Assembly (NCBI GenBank): GCA_002633005.1
Contig: NMRA01000258.1
Location: 269,126-333,125, forward strand
Length of the DNA: 64,000 nt
Reading direction: 5' to 3'
Source: Phoronis australis
Lineage: Eukaryota; Animalia; Phoronida
Part shown: one piece after another, positions 27,601-40,422 of the stretch
How the letters are laid out: the number at the start of each line of letters is the position of its first letter
How positions within the stretch are numbered: position 1 is the stretch's first letter
Program-made: the position numbers and the translations under genes
The notes under the pieces: model-generated
Told to the model about the DNA's origin: nothing
The model's input: only the letters and a program-made list of their open reading frames with translations
Databases searched by the model: none

Positions 27601-29103
27601 GTGGCTATAGTTGTTGAATTGAAAGGAGCATTCATTTGTCAAATATCTTGTTGTAAAAACATTACATTTTGGAATTTTAAGCCTTGGTTTCCCATCCAGC
27701 AACTGATCATAAAGATAAAATATTTCTTCTACTATAATACTGCTTTTGCTATACAACTCCGGACATTTTAATTGCATTTCATTTTGAATTACTTCGAGCT
27801 CACCATACAATGTTGTCATTGACCAATGGTAGTAGTTTGTTTTAGAAAATTCTAGTCAGCTTAAAAGTTTTGGAATCAAATGTTTTTGTTTCTCAATCAT
27901 TTTATATTTGCATTTAACTTTCAGCGGCTTTACCTGAAGGCGGGCGTATTCAGCTTAGATGGGTCGCAGGCAGTAATAGATTCTATGGAGGTGTCAATCT
28001 CAGAACCGCCCACAAAGGTATTTTGTGCTACTGGTGTAGAAGAGCAGTTAGTACTACTTGACAAAAAAGTCAGTCAGGGGACACTACCACTTATGTCGTC
28101 TGCTTTTTAAGTGCTTGTACACGACAAACCATCAGTGTCTAGATGTTTTAGTAGTAAGGAATCGTAATAGCTCAGCCAACTTTTCTCCTGATACCAAAAG
28201 AGACACTTTGAGTTAAGTTTCCCCTGCAAGTGTAACGTCAATGCTGAAACCAGTGCATTAATTCGGTATGGACTTGTGCATTGATTGACTTTTTGTCTGC
28301 CAAAAAACTGTGCAATGAATGTACCCAGAATGTATCGTGTTTTACCAGTTATTTGATGCAGAAAATACTCTGTTATATCTATTCTGATGGTTTCATTGTT
28401 TATTTTTAATTAGCCATTAGCACTTAAGTGCAGAACACATGATTATGAAATAGGGAAGAATTCATGGAAAATTCATGGAAAATACCGTAAAAGATAAACA
28501 AAACCACGCATTTTGTATTGTCATATTTTGAGCTCATGTCATCTGCTATCATAATGGTTCTCAGCAGTCATTGGCAAGAATGTTTTTTTGTGGTCGAAAA
28601 TGAAGTTAATGTCTTGGGAAATTCACATAAAAGATGAGAAAGCAATTACAGCAGGAACCATGAATGACATGTTGATTTACTGATATTGGCTTTTAATGAC
28701 TTGATTTGTTTTGCAGAAAGCCCAAAAGGAGTCCCGCATGTACTCGAGTGTTGTAGCTGGGAATGTTTCATCTCAGATGTTAGCAGAAGCTGAACGACTT
28801 GGCACCACTTTGGCTGAACAGCTCATCGCAAATGGTGCCAAACCAATCCTGGATGCAGCCAAGCTAGAAACGGCTAGAGCCATACAGGAGAAATATAAGG
28901 AGAAACAAAAGGCAAAAGTGAGTGCACAGAATGGCCACAAGGCGGAACCACAGTCTGGGGACCAGACGGTGCAGGGAAAGACTCGCAATGGACATGAGGT
29001 GTCAGTGCAGTCTAAGGATGCAGCACCCTCTGTTGATAAAGTTGCTGCAATGAAGTCGAAACCTGTCTCTGCAGTCTTGGCGAAGACAAAAAATGGTTCT
29101 TAG
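15670..29103 (+). CDS. HMBS: Hydroxymethylbilane synthase (porphobilinogen deaminase), canonical copy, about 421 aa
   Basis: Exons 15670-15717, 19477-19549, 21581-21630, 22102-22235, 23300-23377, 24467-24542, 25252-25365, 26217-26375, 27543-27596, 27925-28017 and 28717-29103 total 1266 nt in frame. All hallmark motifs are present: [70 protein letters not shown] (Cys codon TGT 27552-27554). Confidence 0.95.
16096..16979. mobile_element. Non-autonomous DNA transposon with about 320-bp imperfect TIRs and an 8-bp TSD
   Basis: CTGTCAGC flanks both sides (16088-16095 and 16980-16987). The ends read CRCAGGCRTCCTCAGCTTCTGAT, and 16096-~16418 is an inverted copy of ~16650-16979. Confidence 0.85.
17042..18203. 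mobile_element. Non-autonomous TIR element with a probable 9-bp TSD
   Basis: Perfect 14-bp TIR TAGACAGTGACCAC, extending imperfectly to about 25 bp. Flanks are AGAATTGCA and AGAATCGCA. Confidence 0.7.
17081..17211. repeat. Tandem array of about 20-bp units built on the palindrome AAACTTAAGTTT
   Basis: About 7 copies of AACTTAAGTT(TT) at roughly 19-21 bp spacing. Confidence 0.85.
24543..25251 (+). other. U12-type GT-AG intron in HMBS
   Basis: 5' site GTATCCTTAC; branch site CCTTGAC with the A at 25238, 13 nt from the intron end; no polypyrimidine tract. Confidence 0.9.
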
Positions 29104-30589
29104 ATATTAAATATGTACACACACCTGTTCTAGGGGAAGGTCCTTCTGTGTGTAAGGTAGAAATCCCCTGAACTGAGACCCTAAATATCATTATTGGTGG
29201 CAGATTGTGTTATTCTCTGTTGGGTGGATAACCTGGAATTGTGCGAGTACTTGGTGTCTAGCTTGTATTTTTAATGTTTTGTCAACAAATTTGAATATTT
29301 CTGTAGCTTCACTTTATTTTCCTTGTTATTATGTTAAATCAATTTGTCCATCATTAAACTTAGTCCGGAAAACCTGTGGTGTTCACTTCAATTGCATTAT
29401 AAGGCCAAAAAACCAACGATGGTTGTGGTGTCTAGCTCAATTTACGTTGGGACTGGAATAAACACGTCAGTTGTAGCTGAGGTCTCACGCTTTGTTTTTA
29501 AAAGCTGTACCAAGGCACATAAGCTAGAATGAATAGGGGTTTTTGAGCAATGAGTAAAAAATACCAGTGGTGTTTGCTTGTCACAGATGGAATTTCTGCT
29601 GACTATATTTTCAAAATGAAGCAAGTGACTAGAACCAACGGTAGTTTTTTACTCATTAGCTGATAGATTAAGTCGTGAATCATTTCTGCTTGATACAGTG
29701 ATTCATGATGTTGTATTATCATTTTATATATTAATTGTTTGTCTCAATAGTTCAGATCTTTCTTTTAGGGTATTCAATGGTCTTCTCGTTTTAATGACCA
29801 GTCTATGTTATTGCATTGTAGTGATAGAAACACTTAGTCTTCCTTTACCTGCTCATATTAGTTTTTTCTTTTCTGTGGATCTTCTACTGTATACCTGGCA
29901 ATGGTCTGCTGGGGTGATTACCAATTGTTTCTGCTTAGTTTTGTTCTTGTAACCAAGTTGTTGGAATCTATTTCAATTTTAGTTTTTATACTTTGTGTGC
30001 TCTCCATAAGTTACAAATGTCAACTGCTTATTATATGTGGTTTTTGTAACTTGTTCACATATTCAGTGTTTTAAATCGCTTGAAAGCTTAGAACTTGATC
30101 ATTGATGAAGTTGTCAATTGTTTTGCTTGAATTGTTTGTGTTTTTAACACTGGAGATTTTGTTTTTAACTTTGGCTGTTTTGTTAAGTTGTTATTAAATG
30201 CGACTGTATTATTTTCATTTCATTGTCTTGTCCTTGTATCAAACACTCGGCAGACAAAATGTTACGCTTTAGACATGCCGATAAAGGAGTACTAGAATTA
30301 TGACTTCATCTTTAGAGATGTGTTGCCAAAAGGCTCATGTTGGTGACGCAGCCATCAACCTCTGTTAAAAAACTAACTAGGAATAGCATTTACAGACCTT
30401 GCTACACCAAGACTAGACTAGGCAGGGTGCTTTACGCGGTCTCTTAGGAATTCCTGCAATAGCAAGTTACGCCCTAGTCAAGCTACAAGATAAGCCTATA
30501 CATAAAGACATGTCCAAGATTATAGAGTTGCGTAAATCTTTGTTTACTTAGAAAGTGTTGAAAACACAAAGGGTATGGTGATGGCGCAT

Positions 30590-30637
30590 TCTGCAGGTGA
30601 TCGCCATCTGCAGGTGATTGCCATCTGCAAGTGATCG
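30590..30637. repeat. Short tandem repeat, 17-bp unit, about 3 copies
   Basis: TCTGCAGGTGATCGCCA / TCTGCAGGTGATTGCCA / TCTGCAAGTGATCG. Confidence 0.8.
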
Positions 30638-30749
30638 GGGTGTAATTCGTAAACACAACTTAAAAGTTTCCAACATCTGTGCTTCACATAATCTGGAATT
30701 AGAGCATTTCGGTAGGAAATCCTAATCTTTCAGGTGGTTTTCATTGATC

Positions 30750-30777
30750 AATAAAACATATTGTAATTACTTTTATT
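30750..30777. terminator. Candidate opposed polyadenylation signals of HMBS (+) and SLC6 (-)
   Basis: AATAAA on + at 30750-30755 and on - at 30772-30777. The upstream HMBS 3' region is T/G-rich on the + strand and the sequence downstream is A/C-rich. Confidence 0.45.
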
Positions 30778-31849
30778 GAATTAATATCAAACAATCAACA
30801 GTATTCATGACAAGTATTAAAGCTGTTAATTGATCAAGTTAAAATACTTTCACCCTCGTATCTTGATATTGTGAACTTGTCCACTCCCAAGATGTGAGTG
30901 GTTGGTTTGTCAATGAACTGGTCACATGACTTAGAAGTGGTAAACAAACAGTAGCAATGCATGGACCATAATTGTATAGGACCTAAACAACCCGGAAAGA
31001 AACAATGTTCCTGGGATGGTTAAGCAAAGCATAAACAAGAAAAAGACAGCAAATACCAAGGAAAAATATGAACAGAGCAAGTCTGTCTTCAGTCACAAAG
31101 TAGTTTCAGTACAACTAAAACCCAAGCTTCATTAAATGAAGCTTGGGTTGTATACTGGTTACAAACAAAACATTGTCATATTACATAATAAAACTTTGGC
31201 ATAAGAATGTAACAAAACTAAAATATGATGCAACTATAACTGGAGTCCACACTGGCATTGGCACAAAGGAACTGACTTTCTCTTGTTCACCGTAATTTAT
31301 TTAACGGCCTAGTTGAAATTTGTCACACTAATTTTCAGTTTACATTTTATTATATTTTAAAGCTAAAGACATTTTATACATTTGATTTTCGTGTTCCTAG
31401 AGTCTATCACTTTTTAAGGGATTCTACCCCTTGCTTAAAATAGTCATTTAAACTTTTACACTTTTGAATAACTTTCAAATTCTGCGCTTTCTGTTAAACA
31501 TGAAAAAATGACATTAAGAACGAAACTCTTTACTTCAAGAGTTAGAGTTTGAAATTGACTATTATACAGTAAGTATACGGCTTGCATAAAATTATTTTAC
31601 TTTTGATTTTTAAGTATATGTGTAACTTTTGGGTAAAAACATGAACTTTAACTTGAAAAAATTAATTCAAGTTGCAGAAAAAGTTAACATCTTCAGTTGA
31701 ATTCAAGCAGTCATGTATTCTAAACCTGGCCATTTCTTGAGTCTGGTACAGTGTGTGACAAAGGAAAGAATGACAAAGAGGTAGTAATGTATGTGTTAAA
31801 TAATGATTTGCAAAGCTTGACAATAAACAAGGCATTGCAGAACTCCTTA

Positions 31850-32672
31850 GGGCTGTTCCAGTAAAATCTGTGTGGGAGGGGGGGACAGCAGTAGAAATAA
31901 AAATTCATGGGTGGTGGTCTTCGGAAAAAAACTCAAATTATGGGTGGTTGTTCCTGTAAGAAGTGATGCATTAAAAATGGGTGGTGTTTTTTGACCTGTT
32001 AATGTTGACAGGTTGGTTACTTCAGCAGTCAAAACTAAAAAAAATGCAATTGGCATAAATCCTAACTTATCCCAATACAAAAAAGCCCACATTGCCAGTG
32101 AACAGAGTGCAATATGTTCACTAAGCCATTAATCAAGTCATGGGCAACTTGATTTGAGCCAACTGCTTGTCTGCAGTCCTACTGAATTGAAAAGTTATGC
32201 AACACTAAACTGGTGTTAACACATATAAGAAAATTGATGATTTTTAAATAAAAAGTATGAGAAGTAAGATAAACAAGTTCCAATATTCACTTGACATAGA
32301 AGTATAAAAGAGTTCGTGGAGACAGTTTGAGATTCATAGATCCTTATAATTGAAAAAATGTTCATTGAAATTATAGACACATGGTGAACAGAGAAACCTG
32401 GTGGCTGCCAAAAGTATTGCTCACAGGCTTATTAGTTTTTGACAATATTGGACAAGACTCAACTAGTTCTTGTCTGTCAATCATCTAAGTTCTTAACAGG
32501 TCCTCCTGGAGGCAATTTGTTTGCAAGTGTTGGATTTTATATTTTAACCTATTAAACCTATTAAAAATAATTAAAAAATTATGGGTCATGGGTTGGAGAA
32601 ATAAATCATAGGCGGTGGGTACGAAATAAAAGTGCCTTCCCCCCTCCCATACAGATTTTGCTGGAACAGCCC
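31850..32672 (+). mobile_element. 823-bp MITE, PIF/Harbinger-like (copy 1)
   Basis: TIR GGGCTGTTCCAGYAAAATCTGTRTGGGAGGGGG; flanks TTA and TAA; near-identical inverted copy at 37693-38515. Confidence 0.88.
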
Positions 32673-33188
32673 TAAAGATATATTATATATTACGCTTATT
32701 TAATACCTTGTCCAAGCAAGTAACACTAATAAGTTCACAAAGCAATTTAGTTCAAAAAAATTTCCTTTGATGTTGCCTTATGAAATCAATGGAACACCAC
32801 CACATACAAGTCAGTTATAATAACTTCATAAAACAAATACTAACTTCAATTACTTTAATGTGACATTTACAGATAATCTGCTTAACAGACAGTAGAAGTG
32901 GTTGGAATGAGCAGACGACCACAGTGGAGTGTCGAGGCACACCTAGCATTAACTAGTACTCATTTTGAAACTTCTCTAAAACTGTTTACACAATCACTTT
33001 GCACAAAGAAATGCATAAAAATCTGAAATTTTCTTAATTAACATTAGAACTAATTTCTAAAACCATTTTCAGGCGGTCTTGTGGTAACATCATGTCTGAA
33101 CTGTATTGGTCTATTTACAATTTCTAGCATATTGTATTGGCTGCACTTGATTGACTTCACCATTCAAGCAGCTCAACCAGCGAAAACA

Positions 33189-33442
33189 CATGGGCAGATT
33201 TAGGGGGAGGCAGGCCCCCCCTTTGGCTGGCGCAAGCAACAGTGTGAAGCATGAGGATATACTGAAAAAGCAACTAGAGCACAAAGAAGGGGGTACCCCA
33301 GATTGCGGCATTCCCGTTTTTTTTTAGTCCAGAAGATTCACATACCAGTCTCCCGCAACTTCAGGCCTGTGCTGCACTACTTTGCCTAATTCCCCGAGAC
33401 AACATGTTGCCCCCCCCTTATGGTATCCTAGATCCACCACTG
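33189..33442 (-). mobile_element. Short interspersed repeat/MITE with a CAGTGG(C/T)(A/G)GATCTAGG end (copy 1)
   Basis: The reverse complement of its right end, CAGTGGTGGATCTAGGATACCATAAGGGGGG, matches 37308 onward. The left boundary is approximate. Confidence 0.6.
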
Positions 33443-35533
33443 AGACATCTGAATGATTGGTTTGTAAGCCGGACGCCATCATCAAAAACCAATCAGATTG
33501 TCTTAGCTGGGTGACCCGATGAAACCAGCAGTCAATCAAGTGTGTAACACCCAATGGCACATTTCTGATGGTCATCTTCAGAATTCTTAATGAGGATACA
33601 GTGGTTAAAAACTCATCGTTTGTATAACAAAGTATTGATTACATGCATGAGATCACTATGACTAATCCTCCAAGATAGGAGATTGATACACCTCACAGAA
33701 ATTGGTTAACACCATATAATAAAATCCAGACTTTGAGCCATCCAGGAATGTTCATGATAAAACTGGTCTACTGGACTACCTTTTTGATTTGCTAGATGGG
33801 ATGTTGACTCTTGATGAGTTCCACGAAAGACATCGCATTCAACATCCCGTCGAAGAAGACGAGAGGTCTTGGAAGATCTTAGCAAATCAAAAAGGTAATC
33901 CAGTAGACCAGCTTTATCTGTTAAAATCGTTAGTACGATGTACCTTGAACACTTTGCATTATGAGGAAATTTTGTGTGAATGTGTCCTTCATTCTGTCTT
34001 TCTAGGTTAATGTACAAAGGATTACATAATAAAGTAAGCTTCCTTTACAACTAAGCAAACCTTCTGCCTGTTATGTATCTGGGTTTATGTACACTAAAGA
34101 GTCAGTCACTGACTACACACTAATGTTCAGAATAATTAAATTTAAAGGGATATTTCTTTTTGCCCAAAAATTATACTGTTTTTCTTAAACCATGAATACG
34201 TCTTAGCGCCTTATTTTACCGTGAACTATCAAAAGAATCAACATTGACTACAAAAAAGAGTTAGTGAAGCACTGTTACAACTCTTTACATTTGACATTGT
34301 GTGACCTTCGTTAAGTGAACCCATGTGCTTTTATGTCTTAAACATTGACAAGTACTCATCACTACATAACTAGCCAAGTTCAAATTGTCAGATCTGGAAT
34401 CAAAGGTTCACATGACAGATCGTATGTTATTCTTAACCTCCCCCTACTACATCAGTTATATAAAAATAAGGCACATATCAACTTGAAAGGAAATGTGACA
34501 TGTTTTCTTCACTTACTTCACATTCGTTTACTAGAAACACACCGGGTCTCCATAATAAATGCTACCCTGGAGTTCAACAAGGTTTGCAATACAGTATACC
34601 CGCTTAAAAAATTAACATCATGTTATGAGGAGACTACAGGATCTTCTGACTTGAGATGTTGTCCTCCATTTTGATACCAACCATAACAAATGATCAACAA
34701 CCTTAGGGCTGGGGCTGAATGAGTGACTGGCTTGACAAGATCTCATCAGCTTACTATTAAAGACCCACACATTGCTAATTGGGTCAAGCTGAATCTTCAT
34801 ATTGGAATAAATCAAGTGAGGGGCATTCAATCTTCCCGTTGATGCAACCAGTGAACTCCATTTGGTTCATGGTTTTATCACATTGGCGTAACCAGCAATG
34901 CTAAGTCGAAAAAATATAACAAAGGGTGCCACACCAAAATATGCACAAAAACAATTTTGCTGTCAAACACAGCTCTGCATGAAGCACTAAGACACGGCAC
35001 TTGTCACACGCTTGAGAGACTAGTCCTAGTCATTGCACCCTTTGCACTTTGGACTATTGTGTCATCCTAAAGAATGCATCCCTAAAATCTTTGACTCCTC
35101 TTTGTTTTAAAGGAACATTATTGCTGAGAAAAAATTCATTTTGGCTGTGATCAGCCTCAGTGCCGAATCAAACCTGTAACTCCTGTGGTTGCAATCTGTT
35201 TCGCTGGTAGAGCTCAATCACACTCAATAAATGGCAGGTCTTGATTTCAATGAATGTCTGCCAGACATCAAAAGTTGGTGACTTTTGTAATAAAATTACA
35301 AACACCAACAAGTTTTGTAAAATGCTTTATACTCCTGAGATAAAATTTTGTAACTTCAAGAAATTTATTGACCATCCAAACGTAATATCAAAAATGAATT
35401 CTTAGGTCATAAAACTGATTATGTCCCCTGACGTGAACTTTGAGCCTCTTCTACTTCATACTCTCAGGCTTGAACTTCACACACTCCTTACATCTTGGAC
35501 TTTCCCAGATTTAATTAGTGAACTTCACATCCC

Positions 35534-38500
35534 TTACATCTTGGACTCTCCATGTCGTAGTGGCACTGTACTGCTGAAAGTAGTGGTACTGTTTATATAG
35601 TCTGGTGAGCCTCCCGCTTGAATAAGCTCAGGGGACTCATCTCCAGCAGCAGCAGCCTTGATCTGAATTTCACGCTCCCTCCGGTGCTTCGCTAATGCAG
35701 GGCCCCAGTCTTCTGCTGGCGCAGCCAGTGCCTTGATTCTCTGGCAGAAACAAAGATTGTTAGGAGTCATGAACTAACTCTCAAAAATTTCAAATTGTAT
35801 GAAATTTGGCAGTCAACAGTTAATGTCACAAAAGTGACGAGGTCAACGTTGAAAACTTCAAACTGGAGTAACATGTATATAAAACAAGGAAACAAGCTGC
35901 AGAATCAATGGACAGTTTTTACAGAGTTCATTAACAGTGTAATTGCATAAAATCAGTTCCAAAGTGAAAAATGAAATCATGAACTAAACCAAATACTGAC
36001 AAATGATTTTTAACTTGCTTCTTTGAAGTAGAAAATAGTCTGGTAGAATACAACTTCACATGCCGCCTACTATGACAAACAAGTTGGTGGTTTTACCTGC
36101 CAGAGAGGCAAATCCTGTTTCTCTCTACAGATCTTGATGACTGCTACGATGGGTATAGCGCTGACAGACGACAGTGACATTATCCAGCCAATGGCATTGG
36201 CCCATGTGGGGAACACGTAGTCACCGTAGACAGGGGATTTAAAGTCAATCCATGTGAAGAAGATGATGAACTGGAACAAATCAATAAACAATGGTCGTAA
36301 TGAGACGTAGGGCATTTCAATTACACATGGCCCCTCCCCTCTCTGGGTTTCTCCCATAAGAGAGATGTAAGGGGCATGCCACCAACATGGGTGGGTATTA
36401 ATGAAATGGTTTCAATTCAGATTGCTTCACAAAATTATCCAAAGCATTCCTTGGAAAAAAATGGCGTAGCTGATTATTATCTTTGTGTACTTTTTGTAAA
36501 AAAATCCCTGAGACAGGCGTACATGTTTCCTAAGGTTGTAGAGCCATTACCAATTAGCTTGATATAAATCGAGTTTTTAATGATTATGTAATTATATCCA
36601 TAAACGAAGCACTGACTATTCTGAGAAAGGATTTGATGGGAAGAATAGAATTTTCTGTTTGACAAGTATGCTCTTTTTGAAAAAAATTAGAAGGAATATT
36701 CCTGAGTTTAGACAATTACAATTTACACACTGTAAAACTGACAAAATTATACTTTTACAGAGCCTCTAGTAATGGAGAAATTTTGAGCCAGTTCTGAATA
36801 TTTGTTGTTTTTGTTTCAGCGTTGCCTCTCTAATTATATTACATCATGCAGACACATATTTGTATGCTTTTTGGAATAAGAAATTAAACAAAATGAGGGT
36901 TTGTATTTTGCACTCTGTTATAATTACAAAACCACTGACATGTCTGTCCTCTGATCACCTAAAACAAATGATGACGACTTCCATTATGAGGTGATTTTTT
37001 ACCAGTTAGCCATGTAATATCACTTTTCTTTCAAGTTGAATAGACAGCAGAGGGTGCTATTTGGGAACTGACCAATCAGAAGCTGTAGAAAGCATAAGCC
37101 CCAGACCAGACAAATAAAGTGAGCAGACAAAGACAGTACGTCAAAGCAGGTAAATCATGCTACTCTAGTACAAGACAACAAAATCTGAAGAAAGCAGCAT
37201 CAGAGATCGCAAAATGCAGCCCGGCCACTCGGGCACATCAGCTAGAACATACAGACCTCAGGAAGCAATGTTGCCCAAAGCCAACATCGTACTCCCTCAG
37301 TCCATATCAGTGGCAGATCTAGGATACCATAAGAAGGGGGCCCAACAGGGGAATTGGGCAAAGTGGGAGGTGGGAGTGTATGTGCACAGGCGGCCCAAAA
37401 GTTGCGGGGGAGGGCATGTAGATCTTCTGTCCAGTGGACTAAAAATAAAACGAAGAAAAAACGGGAACACAATTCTGCTGCGATTTGGGGTTTGAACCCC
37501 CCTCGTCTGCTACCGGTCCTTGTTACTGAACTCAATACTCAATATTTTCTCACACTTCACGCTGTTGCCATTTCATTTTGCATGCACCCCCTAAAACTGC
37601 TTAATTAATGCACATGTGGCCAGATATTGTATCAAGAACAGTCTGACTATCATGTTAGTTGAGTAATTTGACAGTGGCATCAGCTCAGGTAAGGGCTGTT
37701 CCAGCAAAATCTGTATGGGAGGGGGGGAGGCACTTTTATTTTGTACCCACTGCCCATATTTTTTATTTATTTCTCCAACCCATGACCCATAATTTTTTAA
37801 TTATTTTTAATAGGTTGAAACATAAAATCCAACACTTGCAAACAAATCGCCTCCAGGAGGACCTGTTAAGAACTTAGATGATTGACAGATAAAAACTAGT
37901 TGTCTTGTCCAATATTGTCAAAAACTAAAGTAGCCTGTGAGCAATACTTTTGGCAGCCACCAGGTGTCTCTGTTCACCATGTGTCTATAATTTCAACGAA
38001 CATTTTTTCAATTATAAGGATCTATGAATCTCAAACTGTCTCCACGAACTCTTTTCTACTTCTGTGTCAAGTGAATATTGGAACTTGTTTATCTAACTCC
38101 TCATACTTTTTATTTAAAAATCATCAATTTTCTTATATGTGTTAACACCAGCTTAGTGTTGCATAACTTTTCAATTCAATAGGACTGCAGACAAACAGTT
38201 GTCTCAAATCAAGTTGCCCATGACTTGATTAATGGCTTAGTGAACATATTGCACTCTGTTCACTGGCAATATGGGCTTTTTTTGTATTGGGTTAAGTTAG
38301 GATGTATGCCAATTGCATTTTTTTTTAGTTTGGACAGCAGAAGTAACCAACCTGTCAACATTAACAGGTCAAAAAATACCACCCATTTTTAATGCATCAC
38401 TTCTTAGGGGACCGACCACCCATAATTTGAGTTTTTTTCTGAAGACCACCACCCATGAATTTTTATTTCTACTGCCGTCCCCCCCCCTCCCACACAGATT

Positions 38501-40387
38501 TTACTGGAACAGCCCTAAGTATGGTTTTGGTATACAACCGAGTATTGTTGGGGGTGAGCAAATGAACAAGTGGCAACCGTGTGTGTGACCTGGAAGGTAT
38601 TGTTGGTCTCGGTAACCTATTTTCACTATCGTCTCAGTGGCGCTTTGGTTCATTCGTCTTTGGCAGGCCATAACAAATTGAAAAATAACAGTGATAACAA
38701 AGAAATTTGTTGAAAAGCATGAAGTTTTTTAGCTATGGCATATTTAGGAGCGTACATGTTAGACATTGAGCATTCAAATAGTATGTTGCTCAGGGTTCTA
38801 AATTCTGGTTCACTGATTGGCATTCACAAGGCTCACAGATTCAGTACTGAATGCCTAGCTGCACTTCCTACTCATGACGAGATAAGCGGTGACAAAACAG
38901 AGAGTGAAACGAAACATAATAGCTTCAATGTCAGACATTTCTACATATGGGTCTCGCTTATGCACAATGGCCTCAATGGTTCAAAGTGGTCTTACTGTAC
39001 TTGGTCCACTTAGTAACATGGTGGCCACAATGAAACATGGTGACCTTAACAATAAATGATCACATGGCATGCCATATCTCTCACCATTACTACCTCCTAC
39101 ACTTCTGAATGCTCATTTTGTTTTCATAGGACTGCTGCTCAGTGGGTAATTGAATATTTCCGAAATACCACCCTGAATATTTAGTGAGAAATCTCCAATA
39201 TTTTTCACAACAAAGCAGGGAAATTCTAAAGACATGGCATACAAACTTTGCAGCATGAAAGTGAATTTTGCTTGAAGAACCAACTTTAAAATCTGGTCAG
39301 AAAGTTGGGTCGGGTTGACAAACACAAAACACAATTTTTAACATTTATGAACATTGGATTTAAACTGTCGAATGAATCATTTGAATATCTCAACACACAA
39401 CAACAGTAAATTGATGGCACGATGATCAAAGAGTAATATAAATGTTATGAAACATCAGTGACTTCAATCTCCTACCAAATCACAGGAATGAACAGTAGAT
39501 GGCGCTGAACATTGTTCAGCAAGTACCCTGTTACCACCTAATAAAAATCTATTCCTGGCAACCAAAGTTGGTTGATACCTCTAGCCACACAATGACTATT
39601 CACTTACCACGATGATTCCTGGACTGACAAAGCACCACATGGCTCTCCACCACCAATGAGGGTATCTGCCCAACATCAGCTCAATGTCCCGGAAGAACCT
39701 CTTGTAACCTAGCAACAGTAAAATACAACCATGTGTAACCTAACAAGTACATGTACATTGGATATAGGATCGCATGAAAGGCTACACCATTTTCCTGGAA
39801 GGGAGTGGAACTTAGTTATTTGTATTTTGCAATAAAAATACAAAATCAACTTGCACAGCATCAATGAATTATTTTGCAACATCCTCCCTGTCCCTTGAAA
39901 CGTGTTTTTGTACTCTGCCAGCATAGAAAACTTTGGGTATCAATTTGTACATTTTACTTGGTATACTTTCAACATACTTTTATGACAGACTTCTAATCTA
40001 ATCTCGTGATCTCTGATTCCACTGAAGCCACTCTAAAAGGCCTCAAAATGAATACAAGTGCAATGCAACCCATTGACTGCGCCCACACCTACACTGTAAA
40101 TAGTGCTTCTAGGGGTGTCTATCAGTAATGTGCAACATACATATAGTAAAAAGGCCACAAGGGGGCACAGCATAAGTTAAATCCGTCTGAAACAAGGCAA
40201 ATGCTGTAGTCTCCTTGGTGGAAACTTATTTGCAAAATTTTGTGAATGTCCATCGAGGAAATTGGAAGATATAGACAGCTCTGACTCATATGAGCAGAAA
40301 ACTTTAATTGTCAGTAGGGGACGCCACAGTAGTTGGACTCGTCCCAAAATCACATTTACCAAATTTTCTGAAGACCCATCAAGGAAC

Positions 40388-40422
<35 letters not shown>

